A stretch of DNA of 40,500 bases from a virus (lineage: Duplodnaviria > Caudoviricetes). Made by a program: the position numbers and the translations under genes. Below are positions 10,270 through 17,344 of the stretch, piece after piece (within the stretch, counting starts at the first letter, position 1; every line of letters begins with the position of its first letter). Location: positions 1 through 40,500 of the IMG/VR virus record IMGVR_UViG_3300048576_000234; one strand, written 5' to 3'. The notes under the pieces are model-generated. The model was not told the origin of the DNA. It made no database searches and was given only the letters and a program-made list of their open reading frames with translations.

Positions 10270-10305
10270 CAAAGGTATTTTGGATAGAATTGAGAGTAAA
10301 GGACA
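10270..10305 (-). promoter_or_regulatory. Putative phage late promoter, copy 3
   Basis: TGTCCTTT-N20-TACCTTTG on minus strand. Confidence 0.78.
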
Positions 10306-10337
10306 AAAAGCAGACACGAATGGCACTAATTGACACG

Positions 10338-10363
10338 AAAAAGCCCCCGCAAGTGCGGAGGCT
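10338..10363 (-). terminator. Intrinsic terminator after antirepressor gene
   Basis: AGCCTCCGC-actt-GCGGGGGCT followed by TTTT. Confidence 0.75.
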
Positions 10364-10395
10364 GCCTATAGAATAAAAGCGGATAATTCTCGGCT

Positions 10396-10947
10396 TTATT
10401 CTTGTTCTTCTTCGTCCTTAAAATCTAAAATCATTTGCCGATTATTATCCCTCCAATCTTCAATGGTGAATGAAGTGATCTTATTCAATCGCTCTTTCGA
10501 TTGTGCCAACCGTTCTTTGGCAGTTTTGAACTCGTATTGCATCCGTTGATAGTCTCCTATCTCCTTTTCCATCATTTTCTGCTTGCTTTCAAGGAATTCT
10601 TTCGGTTCTGAGAAATTCCGATACAAAGCATCGTAACATTCAATTCTGTATTTTGAAACCGCTTCCTGCGCTTCCAGCTTCACATTTTTCGGATTGATGG
10701 TAAATAGCCAACCGAAGATATATTTCAACGGCAAACATACCATTTCGTACTCTTTTCCATCCGATCCAGTTGACACCCCCAGGGTGGTAACTGAATTCAA
10801 AAAATCATCATCATTCAACTTCCTTCTTTGAGGCTCAAACTCTATTCCCAAGGCTTCACATATCGGCTTGATGGGTACTAATTTTTGTTCGTCATTGGCC
10901 ATTAAGATGACCACTTCATTCACTTTTGCAATTGTATTTGTCTCCAT
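10396..10947 (-). CDS. Phage antirepressor (P22_AR_N-like N-terminal domain)
   Basis: VPIKPICEALGI...QRRKL...DGKEYEMVCLPL..IFGWL signature; C-terminal coiled coil. Confidence 0.85.
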   Translation of the reverse strand: METNTIAKVNEVVILMANDEQKLVPIKPICEALGIEFEPQRRKLNDDDFLNSVTTLGVSTGSDGKEYEMVCLPLKYIFGWLFTINPKNVKLEAQEAVSKYRIECYDALYRNFSEPKEFLESKQKMMEKEIGDYQRMQYEFKTAKERLAQSKERLNKITSFTIEDWRDNNRQMILDFKDEEEQE

Positions 10948-10985
10948 AAATTCGGTTTATTATTGGTTAATATTGAAATACGATG

Positions 10986-11026
10986 CAAATATAATATAAC
11001 TATTTGACTGTCAAATAGTTATATTA
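10986..11026 (-). promoter_or_regulatory. Antirepressor promoter (-7 element TATATTTG) overlapped by a 35-bp perfect palindrome
   Basis: TAATATAACTATTTGAC-t-GTCAAATAGTTATATTA at 10992-11026. Confidence 0.65.
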
Positions 11027-11058
11027 ATAATTTATGAAAATTTAGCATTAAAAATAAC

Positions 11059-11081
11059 AAAAGCCCCGGAGTGGGGCTTTT
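11059..11081. terminator. Probable bidirectional terminator
   Basis: AAAAGCCCC-ggagt-GGGGCTTTT. Confidence 0.75.
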
Positions 11082-11101
11082 GATATGACTTAACCTATAA
11101 G

Positions 11102-11560
11102 TTAGGCGTCTAATCCGAACAGATCTTTCAGGGCAGTGGTAACTTTGTCACCAACGGACTGACGGTTGAGTGCTTTAAGAGCTTCGGAGGCATCGCGGCC
11201 TTCGCCGTGAATGGCATTGCTCTTCATCGATTCGTTGATCAGGTACTCAGCTTCGGCGTTCCCTTCTTCGTAAGCTTTGAAGGCTTCGGATGTTGGTTCG
11301 TTGGTCAGATCATAAATCAATGCCTTGCGATCCGATTCAGCAATCCGGGGGCGAAGGATCTTGTCGATCTGATCAATATTCATTCGGTTTTCGCCGCATA
11401 GCCTGATTATTTCAATAGCGGATAGATTTTCGAAGAGATCTGACCGCTCACCATTCTCTTCTTTACCTCTCCCTAAATCCCTCCCCTCAAGGGAGGGACT
11501 TTGAGGATCTGAGTCCTGATCGTCGGAATGGAACCCGATTTTTCGATGTTTAGATTTCAT
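11102..11560 (-). CDS. Hypothetical protein, apparent paralog of the 102-aa packaging-module protein at 21551-21859
   Basis: FKAYEEGNAEAEYLI...ALKDLFGL versus FKAYQKGRVSGQYSL...ALNEHFNL. Confidence 0.6.
   Translation of the reverse strand: MKSKHRKIGFHSDDQDSDPQSPSLEGRDLGRGKEENGERSDLFENLSAIEIIRLCGENRMNIDQIDKILRPRIAESDRKALIYDLTNEPTSEAFKAYEEGNAEAEYLINESMKSNAIHGEGRDASEALKALNRQSVGDKVTTALKDLFGLDA
11466..11501. repeat. REP-like GC-rich palindromic element inside a coding sequence
   Basis: CCTCTCCCTAAATCCCTCCCCTCAAGGGAGGGACTT with TCCCTCCC/GGGAGGGA stem; encodes SPSLEGRDLGRG. Confidence 0.55.
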
Positions 11561-11567
11561 TTTATTG

Positions 11568-11852
11568 TCAGTTTTTATGGAGGACGATTTTTAATTCATC
11601 CAAACAGGTTATTACGTATTTCAAATCGCGAATAATTCTGTATTTTTCAATCATTTCTTTGTTTTTATCAGAGTTGATAAGTTCCTGATCCAGTATCCAT
11701 CCAATTGCGTTGTAAACAGATTTTGATAGATAGGATATTCCTTCATTTGCATTTTCTTCATCTTCGCCCTGAAGATAATGCAACATGTCGATCACTTCGG
11801 GAGTAAAACGGGACAGATCGACATCATTGTTTGAGCGTGGGGTCTCAGGCAT
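11568..11852 (-). CDS. Hypothetical protein (94 aa)
   Basis: ORF in tightly packed three-gene unit. Confidence 0.65.
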   Translation of the reverse strand: MPETPRSNNDVDLSRFTPEVIDMLHYLQGEDEENANEGISYLSKSVYNAIGWILDQELINSDKNKEMIEKYRIIRDLKYVITCLDELKIVLHKN

Positions 11853-11870
11853 GGTGTCGTAGTTTATGTG

Positions 11871-12227
11871 TTACTCTTCCTCGATTACAATAGAGATACT
11901 AGCTTTGCCCAAATCGAACTGAAATACGTCGAATTTGGCACCCCGATGCATCATTGAATGGCATTTCAGAATGTTCTGTTCACTCATTGTAGATGCCACC
12001 TGGCATACAAAATAATCAAAGAATTGATTGACGCGTTCGGCAGATAGGATCCCGTCTTTCGAAGGGATAAGGCCGGTGGTGTTGAACCTGTCGGTGATAT
12101 GAATTTCTCCGATACTCTGTTTGTTTTCGATAGTGGTAGTTACTACCCGAACACCTTCGTGACGGCGGGTTCTGGCCGTTCTTCTTTTTTTAGCGGCGCG
12201 TATAGCGCCTTGGTTTGTTGTTTCCAT
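11871..12227 (-). CDS. Hypothetical protein (118 aa, Arg-rich N-terminus), first gene behind the C4-like leader
   Basis: ORF track; start codon sits next to the TGCTGAAATCACC box. Confidence 0.65.
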   Translation of the reverse strand: METTNQGAIRAAKKRRTARTRRHEGVRVVTTTIENKQSIGEIHITDRFNTTGLIPSKDGILSAERVNQFFDYFVCQVASTMSEQNILKCHSMMHRGAKFDVFQFDLGKASISIVIEEE

Positions 12228-12436
12228 AATGGTGATTTCAGCATGATTATAGAGCGTTGTTTAAAATGGTAGCGGTGCTCATTTTCCGCTGCTGAAATCA
12301 CCAAAGGGCAAATTACCGGTCTACCGGCTCAGAAAATGGCACCGCCATGTATTTAAAATAAAAAACCACCTTTATTACAGGCGGGGCATTTAGCCCTTAT
12401 AATGATTTCAGCACTGCAAAGATAAGGTGGTTTTTT
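12228..12436 (-). ncRNA. C4/CI-like antisense or attenuator leader RNA with upstream TATCTTTG promoter element
   Basis: Transcript carries TGCTGAAATCA twice (12403-12413, 12231-12243) with the complement between them (12290-12302), plus a second complementary pair 12332-12345/12272-12286; -7 element at 12417-12424. Confidence 0.6.
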
Positions 12437-12450
12437 GAAAATGCAATAGG

Positions 12451-12828
12451 TTATTGAGGAAACATTGAATTTATTTTATCTTTTTCTTCTGGAGTCATTT
12501 CTTTTCTAAACCAAAGTTGAATCGCTCCAGTAGTTAATCTATCAATATCTGTCTGCGGCGTCAATTCCCATCCTTTTGTTGACATATAATTTATAATATC
12601 AACAATCGTCTTGAATTTCAATATATTGCCGTTTTTGTCTTGTAAATTAAGATCTTTAGGATTATTCACACCGGATACAAATGCAAGACCATAAGTAATC
12701 GTTACATTATAAGTCATCGAAAATGGTGCGGAAGTGCACGATAAATGACAATAACGGAAAGTACTTGTTGTTGGTTGAGAAAATGCCAATACTGGCAACA
12801 AAGCGAGTAAAATGAGTATTTTTTTCAT
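12451..12828 (-). CDS. Small exported moron protein (125 aa)
   Basis: Signal peptide MKKILILLALLPVLAFS|Q; YMSTKGWEL motif; AT-rich. Confidence 0.7.
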   Translation of the reverse strand: MKKILILLALLPVLAFSQPTTSTFRYCHLSCTSAPFSMTYNVTITYGLAFVSGVNNPKDLNLQDKNGNILKFKTIVDIINYMSTKGWELTPQTDIDRLTTGAIQLWFRKEMTPEEKDKINSMFPQ

Positions 12829-12830
12829 GA

Positions 12831-13406
12831 TTAATTAATGCTATCTAAACATTTATATAAATCTTTCTCATACAGTATGATAATGGGACTTCCATCAGCC
12901 AGAAGTTGTTCTATTTTTTTTATTTTTGAAGGGCCGAAATTTTCACCAATACAAACAATGTTTGTCCTTCCGGAAATAGAGCCATTGATATCCGCACCAT
13001 AATTCTTAAGAATAGATGCCAGATTATCTCTTTCCGGGAATCTTTCAAATTCACCCGTAATTACTACTTTTTGATTGTAAAATATTGTTGATGTGTTTTC
13101 TACAATTGAAAGATCCTGCTTTTTATTTTCTGATGAAATTGAACGATGAGAAAACATTTCTGACGGGGTAAAGGCTTTTTTTATTTCATCACGAAAAGCT
13201 CTTTCTTCCTTGTACTCTTCAGCATTTAGCAATAATTCTGACAGTTCATTCTTGATATGTAAAATGAGAGCTGCATGCTCTTTTATTTTCTCATTATCAG
13301 AGTCTGAATATGTTTTATACATAATTTCCAATGCCAAAATGGCATTTTTGGCACCAGCATAATCAATAATGCTTTGTAATTTTTCAAATAATTCTTTTTG
13401 GCTCAT
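12831..13406 (-). CDS. BRCT-domain protein (191 aa)
   Basis: C-terminal NQKVVITGEF...LKNYGADINGSISGRTNIVCIGENFGPSKIKK matches ligase-type BRCT pattern. Confidence 0.8.
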   Translation of the reverse strand: MSQKELFEKLQSIIDYAGAKNAILALEIMYKTYSDSDNEKIKEHAALILHIKNELSELLLNAEEYKEERAFRDEIKKAFTPSEMFSHRSISSENKKQDLSIVENTSTIFYNQKVVITGEFERFPERDNLASILKNYGADINGSISGRTNIVCIGENFGPSKIKKIEQLLADGSPIIILYEKDLYKCLDSIN

Positions 13407-13415
13407 AGTATTGAT

Positions 13416-13604
13416 TTATTGTTTAGAATGCATAGTTTGGGAAGCGTGTATTACATTTTTATAGAATTGAGAATCTTTTATCTCATAGTATCCGAAAATG
13501 AGCAGGATACAAATGAGAAATGCCGTAATAATAAGTGGCCACATGTTTCTTCTAAAGAACTCTTTTATGGTTCCTGTTAAATACTCTCCAAAATTATTAC
13601 TCAT
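13416..13604 (-). CDS. Small single-pass membrane protein (62 aa)
   Basis: MSNNF...MWPLIITAFLICILLIFGYY; TATCTTTG -7 element at 13632-13639 favours ATG 13604. Confidence 0.6.
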   Translation of the reverse strand: MSNNFGEYLTGTIKEFFRRNMWPLIITAFLICILLIFGYYEIKDSQFYKNVIHASQTMHSKQ

Positions 13605-13677
13605 ATAGACAGTTTTTGTGGTTAATGCCAACAAAGATAACATTTTTAAACAAAAATGTAATAGGGAAACAACCCAT

Positions 13678-13707
13678 AAAAAAAGCCCCCGCATTGCTGC
13701 GAGGGCT
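13678..13707 (-). terminator. Intrinsic terminator after hicB
   Basis: AGCCCTCGCA-gcaa-TGCGGGGGCT followed by T tract. Confidence 0.8.
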
Positions 13708-13738
13708 GCCGGTGTGAAACCATGTTGTCAAACGATAA

Positions 13739-14143
13739 TTACACCGCGCTGAGTTCTGTACCGATACGGTGAATGCCTTCAATTATTTTCCGTCGTTGTT
13801 CCGCTCTGGGAGTGCTAGCGCCGGTGGCATAATGCCCTAATTGCCGCTGGTTAATTCCGGTGGCTCGTGCAAGAGCTGCCCGGGTAAGTACACCATCAAA
13901 ATAATGCAGAATGGCAGATATCTGCATCACATAGTCGAATTCATACTCGTTGTTTGTTACGAAGTCAGGTAACTCGTCGCCATCAGCCAGGCATCCCTCA
14001 ATATGATATTCAAAGGCTGATTCAAATTCCCGCTTTGCATCGTCAATAGTTTTGCCGGTAACAAATACAGCACCGCCAATTTGCCCCGTACCCACGGAAT
14101 AGTTATCTCCGCTCCAGCTTACCAATACTTCAATCTTTTCCAT
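13739..14143 (-). CDS. hicB: HicB family antitoxin
   Basis: VFVTGKTIDDAKREFESA N-domain and C-terminal HTH (AALARATGINQRQLGHYATG); directly downstream of hicA. Confidence 0.9.
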   Translation of the reverse strand: MEKIEVLVSWSGDNYSVGTGQIGGAVFVTGKTIDDAKREFESAFEYHIEGCLADGDELPDFVTNNEYEFDYVMQISAILHYFDGVLTRAALARATGINQRQLGHYATGASTPRAEQRRKIIEGIHRIGTELSAV

Positions 14144-14168
14144 GTTGTGTTATTTTTTTGCAGGGTGG

Positions 14169-14363
14169 TTATCGCCACCCTGCCTGTTTCCAAATGCTAT
14201 TCAAAATTTCCTGATCGATTGTTTCACTCGGTTTTTGATTTACCGTCACTTTCCCTTTTTTAGTAGGATGCTTAAACTGCCGATGGCTACCTTTTTGAGA
14301 GGAAAGCTGCCATCCATCGGTCTCCAGCAGCTTAATAACCTCCTTTACTTTGTACTTTTTCAT
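14169..14363 (-). CDS. hicA: HicA family toxin (mRNA interferase)
   Basis: 64 aa with DGW...KGSHRQFKHP..KGKVTV; own TATCTTTG promoter element at 14392-14399. Confidence 0.93.
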   Translation of the reverse strand: MKKYKVKEVIKLLETDGWQLSSQKGSHRQFKHPTKKGKVTVNQKPSETIDQEILNSIWKQAGWR

Positions 14364-14469
14364 TTTGTGTAATTATTATCGTTTGACCCTACAAAGATAG
14401 TATAAATACTACTATGTTATACTTTTCAATACCAATATTACTACTTTTTTATGCTTATTTAAGGAGAAT

Positions 14470-14501
14470 AAAAAACCGCCCGATCTTCACAGACCGGACG
14501 G
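14470..14501 (-). terminator. Terminator-like hairpin closing the portal-sufE operon
   Basis: CCGTCCGGTCTGTGAAGATCGGGCGG followed by T6. Confidence 0.65.
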
Positions 14502-14532
14502 CAACAGAAAACATTAAATAAAAACCCAAAAA

Positions 14533-14925
14533 TCAAATTAGCGTTATTCGTTGAAGCATCTGTATTAATGCATTGCGCCGTATACCAGTAAGATTATCGA
14601 GTAGCCCGGACTCGATATGGAACGTAGTGTCGGTTGCGCGGATCTCTTCATCGGTGCGGCCATTGAAGATATCGATTACCAATGCCAGGAGTCCGGCCGG
14701 AATGATACCGTTGCTCCACCCGTAGAGTTTTACCACGCCACCGGTGCGCTGCACGCAGAGATAGGTACGCGACTGGCAGTCTATCCGGTTCTCGAACGTT
14801 TTCATGTGCTCGGGCATCGGGGCAAGTTCGTCGGCAAGAAGGATCAGATAATTAAACCGGTCTTCCCAGTTATTCATGTCGGCCAAATCGGCAACGACTT
14901 GTTGTTGTTTTTCTGATAGTGTCAT
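14533..14925 (-). CDS. sufE: SufE/CsdE family sulfur-acceptor protein (130 aa)
   Basis: WEDRFNYLILLADEL, ENRIDCQSRTYL (conserved Cys), GLLAL...NGRT.EEI, GLLDNLT..RRNAL; ATG 14925 overlaps upstream TGA (TGATG). Confidence 0.88.
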   Translation of the reverse strand: MTLSEKQQQVVADLADMNNWEDRFNYLILLADELAPMPEHMKTFENRIDCQSRTYLCVQRTGGVVKLYGWSNGIIPAGLLALVIDIFNGRTDEEIRATDTTFHIESGLLDNLTGIRRNALIQMLQRITLI

Positions 14926-15482
14926 CAGCCTACGTTTTTGAATTGTTTGAGTATTGCATTCCACCCGCCTTTGCCTTCAAACGTTTCTGGCGGTACCGGC
15001 GTGAAGTCTACCTGGCCGTTGATCAGCTTGCCGTCGCACCAATCGAGAGATTCGCTATCTGATTGCAATGCGTCAAGTATTTGGTTGACAATGGTAAAAA
15101 TTCTGTTTGACAAGCAGAATTCCTGAATGCCGTCGGAATTGCATTTGTTGAAGTCGCTCAAAACGGTAATGGAAAGCGTGGTGTCCAAATCGGACATGCG
15201 GGGATTATACTTTAGATCCATAGCGCCGTACTCCACAAAGAGAACCATGTCTTCTCCGGCTTTGGTAGCATCGAACACCAGCTGCTTGTTGATGGAGAAG
15301 ACAAACGTTTTCAGGTCGGCAATCACGCGATCCTGTGGAAGCGCCTGCAGGTCGGCAACCAGTTCGTCATAGCCAACAAGGCGGGAGTATTCAGGTTCCT
15401 TAAAGTTGAGCGCTACGTAATCTTTACCAACAAAGCGGGCAAAGTAGAGTAGTATGGAGCGGAGATGGTCGGAAGGAATCAT
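14925..15482 (-). CDS. Putative virion head-tail joining/tail terminator-like protein (185 aa)
   Basis: Position after portal and adaptor genes; acidic alpha/beta protein. Confidence 0.5.
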   Translation of the reverse strand: MIPSDHLRSILLYFARFVGKDYVALNFKEPEYSRLVGYDELVADLQALPQDRVIADLKTFVFSINKQLVFDATKAGEDMVLFVEYGAMDLKYNPRMSDLDTTLSITVLSDFNKCNSDGIQEFCLSNRIFTIVNQILDALQSDSESLDWCDGKLINGQVDFTPVPPETFEGKGGWNAILKQFKNVG

Positions 15483-15509
15483 GATTAATTATTAATGGTT
15501 AATTGAAAA

Positions 15510-16412
15510 TCAGGAGATCAGTTCGGTGATTTGAGAAAAGGAGAGATGCATTTCGGTAGCGATATCTTCTTTTTTTGCACCTTTGGCGATAGTTTCGCGA
15601 ACGTTCATGCGTAGCGATGCTACCTGCAGGTCGAAAAAATCGATAACCGTCATTTTTTGCAAATTTGTCATCGAGTCAAAACCCGATCGGGAAAGCTGCA
15701 TGATGATTTCGTCCATGCCGACTGAATATGAGCTTTCTGTTTTTTCGTCATCGCCATCCGGCTTGCGAAACAGGATGGAGTAAACCGGGTGTTTGAAGAT
15801 CCATTCGCAAATGGACTGGAACCAATAAAGCATGACGAATTGATCTAAGTCGGAAAACATCTGACTACTCCCAACCGCTTTTCCTTCTACAAGTACAAAA
15901 GGAGGCCGGTTTAGAATATTACAAACTAAAGAAATGCAATCTTTTGATGTTTCTTCATCCGAATGTCCGATTAGTTTATAGGCATCGAATGCGTCGCAAA
16001 ATTCCTGCGCGGTAATATCGGTTTTAACAACTGTCCCGATTGTAAATTCACGCTTTTCAAATTTGAATGGCATCGGGTTCCGCCGCATAGTGTAATGAAA
16101 CGTCACCTGATTGGTTGTTTTGTCAATAGAGAAAAGAAAATCGAGCATTTCTGATATATGGAGCAAATTTAGTTGTACCATGTCACCGTCCAATTTTGTG
16201 AATTTAGGCCGCCACGGCCAATTGATATGCCATAATGATGGACTATAACCGGTAATTTTTTTCAAGATTAGCAACCGTGCTTTTTGCGGGGAAATGGTTT
16301 TTTGCTGAATTTTCATCATCAGCTCCAGCGCATAAAGGCGTGCTGACGTGGTGAGATCTTCCCAGCATTCCGGGAATTCAATTGTTTTTGTTCTTAAATG
16401 TAATGTTTTCAT
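15510..16412 (-). CDS. Phage morphogenesis protein of unknown function (300 aa)
   Basis: N-terminal FPECWEDLT motif recalled from Bacteroidetes phage late operons. Confidence 0.6.
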   Translation of the reverse strand: MKTLHLRTKTIEFPECWEDLTTSARLYALELMMKIQQKTISPQKARLLILKKITGYSPSLWHINWPWRPKFTKLDGDMVQLNLLHISEMLDFLFSIDKTTNQVTFHYTMRRNPMPFKFEKREFTIGTVVKTDITAQEFCDAFDAYKLIGHSDEETSKDCISLVCNILNRPPFVLVEGKAVGSSQMFSDLDQFVMLYWFQSICEWIFKHPVYSILFRKPDGDDEKTESSYSVGMDEIIMQLSRSGFDSMTNLQKMTVIDFFDLQVASLRMNVRETIAKGAKKEDIATEMHLSFSQITELIS

Positions 16413-16417
16413 AATGG

Positions 16418-17344
16418 TTATGTTACAATAAATGCGTCTCGTTCGGTGTATGGATTTTGATATACCGGTTGTGCTGAAATATCCGCTTTATTTTCGCACT
16501 TGATAGCCATGTCGAGTGCATTGATGTATTTTTCGGCCTGGGTGGAGAACTGCAGAGAAACGGTTTTGCGGATGTACGTGTCGCTCTGATCGGAGCTCTT
16601 CTTGTTGTACTCGTTGTTGATGTCCTTGCGGATATTCTCCGGCAGGTCGGCATACGAAAGCCGCAGACATGCCCGGTTCATTACTTCGTACACGACAGCA
16701 CGAGAGATTTCACTGTCGAGCTTTGTCAGCAATTCAACGGACAGGCCACGCGGCTTTATGATGTCAGTATAAACTTCTTGCGTTATCCACTGCACCTTTG
16801 CGATAAAATAGGAATTATCGATACCAACCCATTTTTCAAAGTGAGTTTTAGTTACCGGCAGGGATTTGATTGCTTTCTGAGCATCCGAATCTTTCCATTC
16901 CGATATCGATTCTGCATTTTCTTCCAGGTAATCGAGCAGCACACCAGCCCAGAACCATGCATTATTGATCAACGTGTTGGACAATTCATCCTGCTGATAT
17001 TTGTATAGAGTTGTCTCGCTATCGTTTTTCTTTACAGTCACACCGTCATTTCCAATCTTCACAATCATAAAGATAAGGTGTTCGTACACTGCAAAATGAA
17101 GCATAGCACGCTGCAGATAATCGAGTGCGGAAGGATATGGTGAATTCTCGTTAGTACTGGGCGTTTTATATTCATCTATCAGCTTTTTGTACAACTTGGA
17201 TCCGATTAATTTTTGCATGTCGACCGCCTTTTTCATCAAAGGGCTTTCCACGTTGTTGTAATCGAGTGTGATGTTCACACCCGACAGCTTCGGTTTACAT
17301 TCGGTGGGGAATGTAGGTCTGGAGAAAGGAATATTAATTGGCAT
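16418..17344 (-). CDS. Putative head-tail adaptor (DUF6712-like, 308 aa)
   Basis: Follows portal; LIGSKLY...LQRAMLHFA...IGNDGV...LLDYLE....WKDS pattern. Confidence 0.6.
   Translation of the reverse strand: MPINIPFSRPTFPTECKPKLSGVNITLDYNNVESPLMKKAVDMQKLIGSKLYKKLIDEYKTPSTNENSPYPSALDYLQRAMLHFAVYEHLIFMIVKIGNDGVTVKKNDSETTLYKYQQDELSNTLINNAWFWAGVLLDYLEENAESISEWKDSDAQKAIKSLPVTKTHFEKWVGIDNSYFIAKVQWITQEVYTDIIKPRGLSVELLTKLDSEISRAVVYEVMNRACLRLSYADLPENIRKDINNEYNKKSSDQSDTYIRKTVSLQFSTQAEKYINALDMAIKCENKADISAQPVYQNPYTERDAFIVT

Noticed and set aside
10311-10339. Short GACACGAA repeats (also at 4379-4386)
   Set aside because: Too short to assign; could be extra GACA boxes beside late promoters or chance
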